From an uncultured Chthonomonadaceae bacterium (GTDB lineage: Bacteria; Armatimonadota; Chthonomonadetes; Chthonomonadales; Chthonomonadaceae), in the NCBI GenBank assembly GCA_963817895.1, contig CAWFQB010000011.1, positions 96,001-160,000 of the forward strand: a DNA stretch of 64,000 nt, given 5' to 3'. Shown in pieces: positions 20,442 through 32,022 of the stretch (position 1 is its first letter; the number at the start of each line of letters is the position of its first letter). The position numbers and the translations under genes are program-made. Under the pieces are notes generated by a model that was given only the letters and a program-made list of their open reading frames with translations, was not told the origin of the DNA and did no database searches.

Positions 20442-21107
20442 TTAAGAATCTTTTCTTCGACGCAACATGGCGGGCAGGTAAAATTTAATTCCACTCCGCT
20501 CGTAGTCCCGATACGGACGGTCATAGCGGGCGCGAAGGCGCGTTTCTTCATGGAACGAGCCGAAATAGAAATACAGGGTTGCCACCGCGCTGAAGGACGC
20601 CCATCGAACCGTCATGCGCGGCTGAAGCCATAAAATCGCCAGCGCGAGAAAATTCAGTGGATGGCGGCTGACCCCGAACCAGCCCCGAACCCGCATTTCG
20701 CCCCGCTCATCCCGCGCCGGTCCCTGCCCTTCAGGTTCCGGCGCGATTTCTTTTGCGCCGCGCGTCCACGCCCACAGATTGGAAAGCCCGGTAAACTGCA
20801 AGATGCCAATCTGATGAATCGTATGCAGTTGCGCGACCAGACTGTAAGCCTGTCCCACCCACATCAGACGGGCCGCCTGTCCCCGAATTTCGTACAGGGT
20901 TCTGTTGGGCTGTTTGCGACTGTACGCGATCAGCGCCAGCAGGGTCACGGCGGACTGCCCCGTATAAAACGCGCGGTACAATCCGTTGCGATTTCGCTCC
21001 CCAACCCGATTTTGTACCGCGTTTTTTACCTTCGTACTGGCAAACAGCGAATGAACCAGCCCGAACGCCAGCGTTGCCCCCGCAATCTTCACAACCGTGC
21101 GCAACAT
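20442..21107 (-). CDS. NnrU/isoprenylcysteine-methyltransferase-like membrane protein
   Basis: 'FGLVHSLFAS', 'SRHPL', 'EETRL...Y..Y'. Confidence 0.7.
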   Translation of the reverse strand: MLRTVVKIAGATLAFGLVHSLFASTKVKNAVQNRVGERNRNGLYRAFYTGQSAVTLLALIAYSRKQPNRTLYEIRGQAARLMWVGQAYSLVAQLHTIHQIGILQFTGLSNLWAWTRGAKEIAPEPEGQGPARDERGEMRVRGWFGVSRHPLNFLALAILWLQPRMTVRWASFSAVATLYFYFGSFHEETRLRARYDRPYRDYERSGIKFYLPAMLRRRKDS

Positions 21108-21287
21108 TCTTGTTTCCTCACTTAACCTTTTCCTGCCCCCTTTGTGGCAATGGCAGGCAAAAGACGCGCCGGGCTGCCGCCTTGTTCTGGCAAAGCGTTG
21201 TATGCTAAAACCATATCGTTTTCAATGTTTGGAAGGAATATAACATCTTCGCAGGGAATAAGCAGATAGTCACAATTAAATAATGCT

Positions 21288-21383
21288 TTGTCTTGAACCA
21301 TGATTTTCATGATTTATTGGATCACCATGATCCGGCGCACTCAACATGGTAATCCTTTAATCACATAAATCATGGTTCAAGAC
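21288..21383. repeat. Imperfect inverted repeat, TGAACCATGATT family
   Basis: ttgtcttgaaccatgattt ... aaatcatggttcaagacaa. Confidence 0.75.
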
Positions 21384-21415
21384 AAGAAGATTCCGGCTGT
21401 GTAAAGGATAGAAAC

Positions 21416-24158
21416 GTGTCGGGAATGGTAACGCTAATTCTAATGGGGACACTGGCTCTGTTGCCGCTGCTGGCAGTGGGGCAGTCGGCTGCGCCTGCGA
21501 GTGACCCCACCACCTTGCAATGGCCTCCCGTAACGCGGCAAACCAAGCCCTGGACGCGCTGGTGGTGGTTGGGCAGCGCGGTTGACAGGCCGAATTTAAC
21601 CCGTTTGCTGGAAACATATCATCAGGCCGGATTGGGCGGCGTGGAGATTACGCCCATTTATGGCGTCACGGGGCAGGAGCCGCGAACTCTCGTACCTGTC
21701 GCCCGCCTGGCTGGACGCGCTTAAACATACCCTTGCGGAAGCGCAACGGCTGGATATGGGCGTGGACATGCCTACGGGAACTGGCTGGCCGTTCGGCGGG
21801 CCGCAGGTGAAGACGGATGACGCGCTGGATAAGCTGGCGCTGCTGACCGAACACCTGGCCGGGGGCGCTGTCTCAGCCCTGCGTGTCGGAACCGCGCATC
21901 CGCAGGCATTGCGCGCCATTTCCACAACGGGACAATCTCTGTCGCTGCTGGACAAACTGGACGCAGGGGGCAAATTGAACTGGCAGGCTCCGGCTGGAAA
22001 CGATTGGACGCTTGTTTTTGTTGGCGTCCGGGGTTCGGGAATGAGGGTGAAGCGGGCGGCTCCGGGCGGCGCGGGGCTGTGCATTGACCCGTTTTCAGCT
22101 GCCTCCCTGACACACTATCTGGCGGGATTTGAAACCGCGCTTGCGTCCCTGCCCAAAGGCGCGCTGCGCTGCCACTTTCACGACTCGTTCGAGTATCAAT
22201 CCAACTGGACGCCCGAACTTGTGGACGAGTTTGCGAAACGGCGAGGTTATGACCTGCGCGATCATCTGCTCGCCTTTGCCGGATTGGATACGCCTGATGC
22301 CAATGCCCGCGTCCGAACGGATTACCGCGAAACCGTTTCCAATCTGCTGCTGCAAAATTTCACCCGAACGTGGTCGGACTGGGCGCATCGGCAGGGGAGT
22401 TTGAGCCGCAATCAGGCGCACGGCTCCCCCGGCAACCTGCTCGACCTGTACGGCGCGGTAGACATCCCCGAAACCGAAGTGTTCCGCAGCAAAGGCGACA
22501 TTCGCGTGAGCAAATTCGCCAGTTCCGCCGCGCACGTCATGGGCAAGCCCCTGACTTCCTCGGAAAGCTGCACCTGGCAGAGCGAGCATTTCACGGAAAC
22601 GCTGGCCGATTCCAAACACATTCTCGACCGCCTGCTCGTGGCAGGGATTAACCACATTTTCTATCATGGTACTGCGTACTCGCCCGCAGACGCGGCCTGG
22701 CCCGGATGGCTGTTTTACGCTTCCACGCATTTCGAGCCGAACAACCCGACGTGGCATGACTTCCCCGCGCTCAACGCCTACGTTACGCGCTGCCAGTCCG
22801 TTCTGCAATCCGGCAAGCCGGATAACGATGTATTGCTGTACTGGCCGCTGCACGATTTATGGCAAAAACATCCGCAAACGTTCGGCCTGACGATTGAGGG
22901 CAAATGGCTGGAGGGGGAACCCGTTGGCGACACGGCGCAGCAGTTATGGGATCGGGGCTACGCTTACGATTACATTTCGGATCGGCAGTTGGAACAGGCG
23001 AAGGCGGAGGGTGGCGCGATACGCCTGCCCGGTGGAACGTACAAAACCGTTCTCGCGCCGCCCTGCAAGTTCATGCCCCTGCCGACACTGAAAGCGCTAA
23101 TCATGCTGGCGCAAAATGGCGCGACCATTGTATTCCAGAATCGGTTGCCGCAGGATGTGCCGGGGTTGGGCGATCTGGAAGGGCGGCGAACTGAGTTTCA
23201 CCATTTGCTGAACGCGCTTCATTTTGAGCAGGCGGACGCGAACGGCAACCGGGAGGCTGTTTGCGGCAAAGGCCGTGTAATCACTGGCCCGGATGCGTTT
23301 GCCCTGCTGGAACGCGCCCACATTCGCCGCGAACCCCTTGCGGATCATGCCGGACTGTTGTTTACGCGGCGTTCTTACGCGCGGGGACACCACTATTTTG
23401 TGGTAAATCAGGGGGACAAACCGCTGGATGGATGGGTGGCGCTTGCCGCTCCCGCCCGCTCCGTCGTCCTGATGAACCCCATGACCGGTCAAACGGGAAC
23501 GGCAAAACTGCGGCAGGGCGCGAACGGGCAAATGGAAGCGTATCTGCAATTGCCGCCCGGCGCGTCCCTGATACTCCGAACGCTTACGTCTTCCACAGAC
23601 GCGGGAAAGGCATGGCCGTACCTGCAATCAGCGGGCGAACCGGTCACGCCGACAGGCAAATGGCAGGTGCAATTTCTGGCAGGCGGGCCGAACCTTCCCG
23701 CGCCCTTTACTACAACGACGCTCGGTTCCTGGACGGCAAACGGCGACCCGGAAACGCGGCGGTTCGCGGGAACAGCGCGTTACACGTTCGTATTTGACGC
23801 GCCCCCAACAACCCGAACGCATACGAGCGGCGCGTGGACGCTGGATTTAGGGGATGTACGCGAGTCGGCTGCGGTTCGCCTGAACGGGCAGGAACTCGGA
23901 ACCCTGTTCGCGCCGCCCTTTCAAATGGCTCTCCCCGCGCTGAAGCCGACGGGAAATTTGCTGGAAATGAGCGTGACCAATGTAGCCGCGAACCGCATCC
24001 GCGATCTGGACCGGCGCAAAGTGGCGTGGAAGATTTTCCACGAAATCAACTTCGTCAACATCAATTACAAACCGTTCGACGCTTCCGACTGGCCCATTCG
24101 CCCGTCCGGTCTGCTCGGCCCCGTCCGCCTGCTGCCGATGCAGGTTCTGAACCCCTGA
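21416..24158 (+). CDS. Glycoside hydrolase family 106 (alpha-L-rhamnosidase-like), secreted, one frameshift
   Basis: 'KPWTRWWWLGSAVD', 'GGVEITPIYG', 'GTGWPFGGP', 'DSFE', 'QAHGSPG', 'SGLLGPV'. Confidence 0.85.
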
Positions 24159-24223
24159 CGCTGCCGCGCTTCCGCAACAACAGATGAAAACGCTCTGGAA
24201 GAACTCAGAAAAGGAATCAGGAT

Positions 24224-26314
24224 ATGACAGCCTACACCCGCGCTACCGTTCCCCCGTTACAGGCAACTGCCGCGCCGCCCGTTACCCAATCCGGGTTGAG
24301 CGCGGAGGAGTGGTTCACGATGGGGCCGGACCAGCAGGACATTCGCCGCAGCCGCCCCTATTTTCTCGTGCCGCTGTTCGAGGACGCGCCTGTCAAGCCC
24401 GGAAAGACGCCACAAATGAAAACCGGTGGCAACGAGTATCAGGATACCCGGCAGGAGGTTCAGGCGCGTATTCGCGCGTTTCTGCTGAAGCAGCGGGAAA
24501 AGCCTGCCGGAGTGGGGCAGGGGCCGGTCACGGATGTATATGTCATCAGTCACGGCTGGCACCGCAACTTTTACGCGGGCATTGCCGCCTATGATCGCCT
24601 GTCCTCCCGGCTCGCGCTGCTGGTGGGCGACGGGCGTATTTCCCTGCTCCCCAACATGCCGTTCAATCCCCTGTTTATCACGCTGCACTGGCACTCCGAC
24701 CCCGGCGACGACGATTGGATGGATAAATCCGGGCGGCGGCACAAGGCCAGCTTCATGGCAGACGCCGCCGGCCTGTTTATGCTGGAATTGGAAAAGGCGA
24801 AGGAGTATTCCACCAAAAGACAATCGCCGCCCGCCACTTACCTGGGGTACAGGCCGGACAGTCTGGATATGGTTCACGACTTCGAGCAGATATTTGAGTA
24901 TTTCTCCGAACTCTCCGCCCCGGACCGCTCCCATACGTGGGATGCCAACCTCACTCAGAACCCGGCGCGATTGAAGCAGATGGCGGAGGATTTGTACGCG
25001 ATTCTGGCCTATTACACGCTCAAAGAGGACTGCTTCGCCCGTCCCGAAGATAAAGTGGTTGTGGCCTGGCGGTGTTATCACGAAGCCGAGTGCAGGGGCG
25101 TTCAGGTGGACGCGGAAAAGCCCGACAACGCCCCGGCCCGGTTCTTGTCGGGCAGCCAGTCCGTCGTTGCCATGGCCCGTTTTGCCACGCTGATACTGGG
25201 ACTGCCCGCCATACTGCTGGTTCTGTCCAAACCCGTCGTGCCATACCTGTTGCATCACTGGCTGGCAACTGTAATAGCGCTGCTGCTGCTGGCTGGTTTG
25301 TCCGCGCTGCTGCTGGAAGAGAACGCGAAGCGGCGGGAAGCGTGGAAGCTGGAACACGCCCGCGAAAAGCCCGAATCCGGCCTGCCCCTGATGCGTGTGG
25401 GCGCGTATCTTGTGCTGCAACTGGTGTGCATTGTGCCAGCGCTCGCGCGCTGCCTGCTGACATACCTGGTTAGCGCGCTTGCGGGCAAACCGCTGGCCTA
25501 CTTGTACGATGAGCGCAGCGTCAATGAAACCATTCCCCCGGAAGTGCGGCTGGCGCGGTATCCGGTACGCATATTAAAGCAGGCTATAGGGCCGGACAGC
25601 GGCGTCATGCCGCTCGCCGACGCGCTGGATTCGCAAATCGCGTTCTGGGAAATGCAGCGCAAGGGCGCGTGGACGGGGGATCAGGCGGGCGAATTTCTGA
25701 AAGAGGTGATTGAGGCCAACCCGGAGACTTTCGCGCCCGCCGCCGAAAAGTCCGCGCCCCGCCTGCATTTGATGGGACACAGTTTCGGCGGATTAGTGGT
25801 CGCGAACATGGCGCGCAAACTGCACACGCTCAAATTGAGCGAACGTATCAATTCGCTGTGCATGTTGGAGGGCGCGATTGCCAGCGGATGGTTGAGCGAC
25901 GAACCCGATATGGTAAAGCAGATTACGCTTGGGAACCGGGGCGTGATTACCTCGATTTTCTCCCGCTACGACACGGCGAATGGCTACATCTATCCCCTTG
26001 TCAATCAGGCGCGGCAGGCGTTGGGAAGCGTGGGGATGTGCGCCGTTTCCTTTGACAGGAATACGCCGCCCATGATTCCCGAATGGCGCAACGGCTTCGC
26101 GTCGCTTGTCTCGCCGCCCGATTTGCAGGTGACGGCTCCCTGTATGCTGAACATAGACGCCAGCCGCCTGGTCTATTACGGCGCTCCGGCGATGGGCGGC
26201 GGGCATGGCGATATTTTCAAAGATGACGTATTGCATCTGCTGTGGGCCGTCACGCACATTCCCGCCCGCCTGCAAGCCGCCGCCCAACAGAACAAAGCGG
26301 CAGAAAGCACGTAG
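24224..26314 (+). CDS. Alpha/beta-hydrolase fold protein with internal transmembrane segments
   Basis: 'SHGW', nucleophile elbow GHSFG, 'SRYD', 'GGHGDI'. Hydrophobic stretches mid-protein. Confidence 0.7.
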   Translation: MTAYTRATVPPLQATAAPPVTQSGLSAEEWFTMGPDQQDIRRSRPYFLVPLFEDAPVKPGKTPQMKTGGNEYQDTRQEVQARIRAFLLKQREKPAGVGQGPVTDVYVISHGWHRNFYAGIAAYDRLSSRLALLVGDGRISLLPNMPFNPLFITLHWHSDPGDDDWMDKSGRRHKASFMADAAGLFMLELEKAKEYSTKRQSPPATYLGYRPDSLDMVHDFEQIFEYFSELSAPDRSHTWDANLTQNPARLKQMAEDLYAILAYYTLKEDCFARPEDKVVVAWRCYHEAECRGVQVDAEKPDNAPARFLSGSQSVVAMARFATLILGLPAILLVLSKPVVPYLLHHWLATVIALLLLAGLSALLLEENAKRREAWKLEHAREKPESGLPLMRVGAYLVLQLVCIVPALARCLLTYLVSALAGKPLAYLYDERSVNETIPPEVRLARYPVRILKQAIGPDSGVMPLADALDSQIAFWEMQRKGAWTGDQAGEFLKEVIEANPETFAPAAEKSAPRLHLMGHSFGGLVVANMARKLHTLKLSERINSLCMLEGAIASGWLSDEPDMVKQITLGNRGVITSIFSRYDTANGYIYPLVNQARQALGSVGMCAVSFDRNTPPMIPEWRNGFASLVSPPDLQVTAPCMLNIDASRLVYYGAPAMGGGHGDIFKDDVLHLLWAVTHIPARLQAAAQQNKAAEST

Positions 26315-26527
26315 CCCTCAACCGGGCGTCCACCTGTGGACACGGCCCCTTCTCCCATAAAACGCATTTCAACAGCGAAAAGAAACCCGTGTTACGTTTC
26401 AGCGGCGCGAACGTGTATAGCAGGACAAGTCTACGGAAAAGTCGGCAATATGCAGGTGGGAGAACATATCCGGCTGTGGTTCCGTCTGACTGACAGGCCA
26501 AAAGTCATACCCGCAAAGGAACGATAT

Positions 26528-29021
26528 ATGAATTCACTACCGAAAACGAAGACCCTGCGACCCTACAGAACACAATGCGGCAAAACTGGATGGGCGCTGT
26601 TCGCCGGAATGGGAGCCGCGCTGTGCGGTTTGGCCGCGAACGCGCAGGACGCCGACCGGACAGATCGCATCGGCAATCGCCCGCGCATCCGGGCGGGGGC
26701 GGATAACGCCGTCTACGTGTCCCGCATCCCCGGCATCCACGCCGACGCCAGTTTTACCACGCATCGGGGTACGGATGACCGCGCGCTGATACAGGCCGTG
26801 ATGGACTCCGTCGCTGACCGGGAGGGCGGATCGGAGATCATCTTCGACAAACCCGTCGCCATTCGGGGCGGGCTGAAGTACCACAGCAATACCCGGCTGC
26901 GCGGCACAAACGGTGGCGGAATCCTGCTGCTGCCCAACAGCGGCAGCGTCAACAACTTCGCGCTGCGCAACGACGACCCACCCACCATCGAATACGACGG
27001 GGGCGGCAACCCGTCCTACACGCCCGCGTATCCCACGCATGACGTGACCATTGAAGATTTGACCATTGACGGCAACCGGGCCAGAAACTCGGCGGGCAGC
27101 ACCGATCCGCGCCAGCCGCAGGGACAACTGGAAATCAGCCCGAAGAGTTTGAACATGTTCGGATTGTGCGCGTATGGCGTGGAAAACCTGACCATGCGCA
27201 ATGTCACCGTGCATGACAGCCCCAGCTATGCGTTTCATCTGGCGACCGTGCGCCATGTCGTGATGGACGGATGCCGGGCGGAAGTGGGCGGCACGGCTGC
27301 CAATCCGACCCTCATTTACAATTCCAATCAGGACGGTCTGCACGTCAATGGCCCCGCCTCCGACCTGCGCGTGACCGGGTTCAGCGGCACAACCGGCGAC
27401 GATCTGATTGCCCTCAACGCCAACGATGGACATCAATCGGGAAACGGGCCGCGCCACATGTATCCTGTCTGGAACAACTGCGTGTGGCACGGGGACATTA
27501 CGGATTGCGTTTTCGACCGCACCCGAATGGAAAATGGGCTGTTCGGTTTCCGCCTGCTGACGATTACGGACGTGATTGATCGTATCCAGATTCTCCATAC
27601 GCAGGGCGGCACGTTCCAGAACGCGCTGCAAATAGATATTTTTCCCGGCATCGGCCCGCAGACCGGCAGGGTGGGAACCGTGCTTGTGGACGGATGGGTA
27701 TCTCAACGCGCCCGTGTGGGACAGGAACCGGCTCAACGGCGGCGTGGGCAGCGGCGGGGTCAACCCTCCCGCGATCTCGGAAACGCCCAACGATAGCATT
27801 GACCTTTCCAACAGCATGTTTCGATTGGGCGGCAAAATAGATTCGCTCACGCTGCGTAACATTCGGCGCGGAACGAAAGCCCCGTCCCGGCCCCTGGTCT
27901 ACGTCACGGATCGCTTTCAGCAGACCGACATCGGCCAGTTGACCATTGACGGCCTGACCATCGCGGAACCCCGGAACGACGAAATCGCGGAAGCGCAGAT
28001 ATTTGTCGCCGCGCCTGCGGCGGGACACACGACTGCTATCGGCACGCTGCGCGTCGCCAATGTCACCTGGCAGCGCGCGAACGGGCAGCCCGCCAACGCG
28101 CAGCAATCGCGGGGACGGCTGATACAAATCAATGGCGGCAATATAGATCAGGTGCAATTGCAGAACATCACAGGGGGCAACATCGCGCATATTGTGGACA
28201 TCAACGGAACCCGCCAGACTCGCGTAAACACCATTCGCGCGTCCGGCGTCCGCATGGATAATGCCCGCGCTTCGGATGAGGCGTTCGTGTCAGCAGGCCC
28301 GGTTGTCAGCCGCGCGGACTTTACCAACGTCACCACATCGGGGCGGCTTGTCAACAACCGCAGCCGCTTCCCGAACGCGCAGGGCAATGAGGGCGGTTCC
28401 AATTCGGTTCGCAACAATCCCGACCGCAACAACCCTGACCGCGCCAACAACGGCGACCGGACGGCAACGTCCCTTGTGGAGAACTTCGTCGGCAAGGCCA
28501 ACAGCAGTCTGGCGGACACCACGCCCGAACAGCATGGCGGTGTGGGACAGGCGGCATGGACAGGGATTAACGGGAATGATTGGCGATTTACGGGGAGCGG
28601 GGCGGTACGGGCGCGGACGGCGACGGCGGGCGCATTGTACAGCCTTGCCAACGCAGGCTCGAACGTGACCCTCCGCGCCACCTTCAAAACCGGCGATACC
28701 AGTGGCGCGCAAATCGTGCTGCGTTCCAATGACGCCCTGACAGGGTATATTGCCGTCAATCTCGACCCGAACGGCGTCAAGATGTACGACCTGGGCGCGT
28801 CCGGGGATGCCCTGCCCAACGAGGGTCCCGGCGTTGCGGCGAACATGGCGCACAGCGTGGTAATCACCCTGCGCGGCAACAACATCACGGTTACGGTAGA
28901 CGACGAGCCGCCCATCACCAATAAACTGAGCAGCCGCAACGCGAACAATCCGCGCTTCGGCATCCGCAACTACGGCGGCGCGGGCGTGGAATTCAGCGCG
29001 TTTTCCATCAGCAGCCGGTGA
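26528..29021 (+). CDS. Secreted pectin-lyase-fold (beta-helix) carbohydrate-active protein (frameshift near 27700)
   Basis: Signal peptide, 'GTDDRALIQA', 'NQDGLH', 'TGDDLIA' GH28-like motifs. Confidence 0.7.
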
Positions 29022-29170
29022 GGAAACTCACTTAGGTGGAGGATACTTTTCACCTCGCCCTGACCCCTCTCCCTGTCGCGCAACGCGCCGGGAGGGGTTT
29101 TTTCAGTCTTGCAGAAGCAGCCTGTGAGGAGAGTATTAAGCAAATTAGGCCACAAGTACGATAGAGAAAC

Positions 29171-29199
29171 TTGACTCCACCATGCCCATCTAGGATAAT
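29171..29199 (+). promoter_or_regulatory. Sigma70 promoter, probably the original hflX promoter
   Basis: TTGACT-17 nt-GATAAT, 5 nt from the IS right end. Confidence 0.6.
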
Positions 29200-29204
29200 A
29201 AAGT

Positions 29205-30477
29205 GTAAGCAACCCCATTGCTAAAACGCAGGGGCTTTGTATCTGGTTCTATGTAAGAGCCGATACTATAGGGCGGCTTACTGTTTCGCCCCGTGCTTTC
29301 AAGTTGAGCGCGGCATTGTAGTCCGCGTTCAACTGGAAGCCACACTGTTGACAGTGGAAGGTAGATTGACCTGGACGATTGGCGCGTTCGCAGTGTCCAC
29401 AGGAGGAACAGGTTTGCGAAGAGTACGCGGCTTCTACAATCAGCAGGGGAACGCCTGCCCGTTTGGCTTTGTACTCCACGAACCTTCTCAACTGCTGAAA
29501 CACCCAGTTGCCCAACAGCCAACGCATCTGCTTCGTATAAGCCGAGGCTCGCTGCCGAATTCCTGTGAGGTCTTCAAGCGCGAGTGCCTTTGCAGAGCGG
29601 AGAGCCGATTGAACCAGTTGTTTGCTGAGGTTGTGGTTGACCCAGGTGGTAAAGCGAGATTGCCTGCGCTTTGCTTTGGACAGGTGACGCTTGGCGGAGG
29701 GAGAACCACAACTTTGTAGTCCACGCCGCAGTTCTCTCATGCGGATACGGACTTGCTTGACCGGTTCCCCGGAATAAGCCTGTCCGTCGCTGTCTACCGC
29801 AAGTTGGGTGATGCCGAAGTCCACGCCAATCACGCCATTCGTAGCGATAGCAGGCGGTTCTTCAACATTGCAGGTTGCCAGCAGGTAGAACGAGCCATTG
29901 CTGTATACAAGGTCGCTCTCTCCCTGCCGGGTTTTCAGAAGTTCGCGTTGCGCTTCGCCACAGGAGAACGGAAGGGTGATACGGCCTTGCATTGTCCAGA
30001 TAGAGACAGCGCGCCGTTCCACATACCAGCGCAGGATACGGTCATCATACGCGATAGAGCCATGCGGCTTAAAGGTACGCTGCGTTTTCCTGTCCAGTTT
30101 GTACGCATCCGCCACTTTGCTGATGCACCTGACCACCACCTGCGCCGTCAAGGGGAACTGCGCCCGGAGGTCGTTGTACTGCGCTTTGTGCAGCGCGTAT
30201 TGACCGAACACCTGCGCCTGCCATGCCCATGCGCTCAGAGCGTTACACGCTTCGTTGGCGCGTTCTAAGGTCGCCAGCAACGCTAAAGCGTGTTCGGGAG
30301 TAGTATCAAGTTTCACTTGCGCAATCAGTTTCATGCAGGTAGCATAACACATTTCCTGTAATCGTGTTAAATATAGAGAAGAGTGGACTAAACAGAAAGG
30401 ACAGGGGACACGCCTGCGTCGGGCAGGGAAAGCATTCCTCCCATGCGTCAACGAGGGGTTTCCTAATTTGATTTTAG
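29205..30477 (-). mobile_element. IS200/IS605 family element, TnpB-only (IS1341-like), no tnpA
   Basis: Minus strand right end AAAG-CCCC...GGGG-TTGC-TTAC. Left end with GAAA at +16..+19 after TCAT, followed by a hairpin. Confidence 0.85.
29249..30334 (-). CDS. tnpB: RNA-guided endonuclease TnpB
   Basis: RuvC D (GVDFG), E (LEDL), D (NADYNAA) and CxxC..CxxC zinc finger all intact. Confidence 0.95.
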   Translation of the reverse strand: MKLIAQVKLDTTPEHALALLATLERANEACNALSAWAWQAQVFGQYALHKAQYNDLRAQFPLTAQVVVRCISKVADAYKLDRKTQRTFKPHGSIAYDDRILRWYVERRAVSIWTMQGRITLPFSCGEAQRELLKTRQGESDLVYSNGSFYLLATCNVEEPPAIATNGVIGVDFGITQLAVDSDGQAYSGEPVKQVRIRMRELRRGLQSCGSPSAKRHLSKAKRRQSRFTTWVNHNLSKQLVQSALRSAKALALEDLTGIRQRASAYTKQMRWLLGNWVFQQLRRFVEYKAKRAGVPLLIVEAAYSSQTCSSCGHCERANRPGQSTFHCQQCGFQLNADYNAALNLKARGETVSRPIVSALT

Positions 30478-31748
30478 ATGACAAAAACATCATTGATTGA
30501 ACTTACGGATGTGGAGCGCGCCATTCTGGTTTCTGTGGAACCGGACACGGAATTGCGCCCCTATGCTATAGAAGAATTGACCGCGCTGACCGAAACGGCG
30601 GGGGCGAATTGTCGTCGGCGAGTTTTACCAGAAGCGCGACCGCCCGGACGCCGCCTACTTCATCGGGTCGGGCAAAACGCAGGAGCTGTTCGCGGGCGTT
30701 CAGGATACGGGCGCGAATCTGGTCATTGTGGACAGCGAACTGTCGCCCGTGCAGGCGCGCAACCTGGAAGAGGCCGTGAAAGTGCGCGTGATTGACCGGA
30801 CGCAGCTGATTCTCGACATCTTCGCGCAGCGCGCCCACACGCGGGAAGGTAAATTGCAGGTCACGCTCGCGCAACTGACCTATCTGCTGCCGCGCCTGGG
30901 CAACCTGTACACCAAGTTCGAGCGGCAGCAGGGCGGTATCGGCGTTCGCGGCGGGCAGGGTGAAACCAAACTGGAAACCGACCGCCGCAAAGTGCGCGAC
31001 ACCATCAGCGATCTGGAAGCGCAGCTGGCCGAAGTCCGCAGCACGCGCACCCAGCAGCGGCTGCACCGCAAGCGCCTGCCGTTTCCCACCGCCGCCCTCG
31101 TCGGCTATACCAGCGCGGGCAAGTCCACCCTGCTCAACACGCTTTCGGGCGCGAAGTTCTTGCCGACCCGAAACTGTTCGCCACGCTCGACCCGACCACG
31201 CGCCGCGTGGTTCTGCCCGACGGCTGGGCCATGCTGCTGACCGATACGGTAGGCTTCATTCGCAATCTGCCCACCCATCTTGTCGCCGCCTTCCGCGCCA
31301 CGCTGGAAGAGACCATTGAGGCGGACTTCCTGATTCACGTCGTGGATGCCAGCCATCCGCATCGCGACGTGCAGATGCAGGCCGTGCAGGAAGTGCTGGA
31401 AGAGTTGGGCGCGGGCGACAAGCCGATGATCACGGTGTTCAACAAGGCCGATCTGGTGAAGGATCAGTACGAGCCTGCGCGAACTGGTCGCCAACACGGA
31501 AAACGCGGTCTACATCTCGGCCAAAACGGCCGAGGGCATGCCGCAGCTGATGGACCGCGTCGTGGAAACGCTGGAAAGCCTGCTGGTACCCGTAACTCTG
31601 CGCGTTCCCTACGACCGCAGCGACATGGTGGCGCAGTGCTACGAGTATGGGCGCGTCCTGCAAAGCCGAATACAGAGAAGACGGCATCCACGTCGATGCC
31701 CGCGTCACGCACTATCTGGCCGGCCGCGTCTATCCCTACTGCGTGTGA
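30478..31748 (+). CDS. hflX: GTPase HflX (multiple frameshifts)
   Basis: '[14 protein letters not shown]', '[10 protein letters not shown]', '[10 protein letters not shown]', 'DTVGFI', 'NKAD'. Confidence 0.95.
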
Positions 31749-32022
31749 GGAAATACTTTACTACCCGCTGCGCTGGAAGTACAGAGACGCAGAGGAGAAG
31801 AACCGTGTTTTCGCGCTTCCTGGCAGGCGTTGTCCCCTGTTGCCATATATACGCAGCAAGAGCGTGTGTCAAGCGCAAGAAACGCCGTTCGTGAGTAAGG
31901 ATAGATATTTAGAAAATTTTTATTTTTGCAGGACAAACAGGGATTGTGGGCGAACAGGGTTGCGGTGTACAGTCTCGCGGCGCGCGGGCAGAACCGCGCA
32001 GAAAGGTGAAGGTGACACAACT

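Noticed and set aside
29249..30334. TnpB as Cas12f or nuclease-dead TldR
   Set aside because: No CRISPR array or cas genes, all three RuvC acidic residues are present, and IS ends are intact.
31207..32022. 557-aa HflX-redoxin fusion ORF in the track
   Set aside because: Artefact of hflX frameshifts. hflX ends at 31748 and the next gene starts near GTG 32023 with its own RBS.
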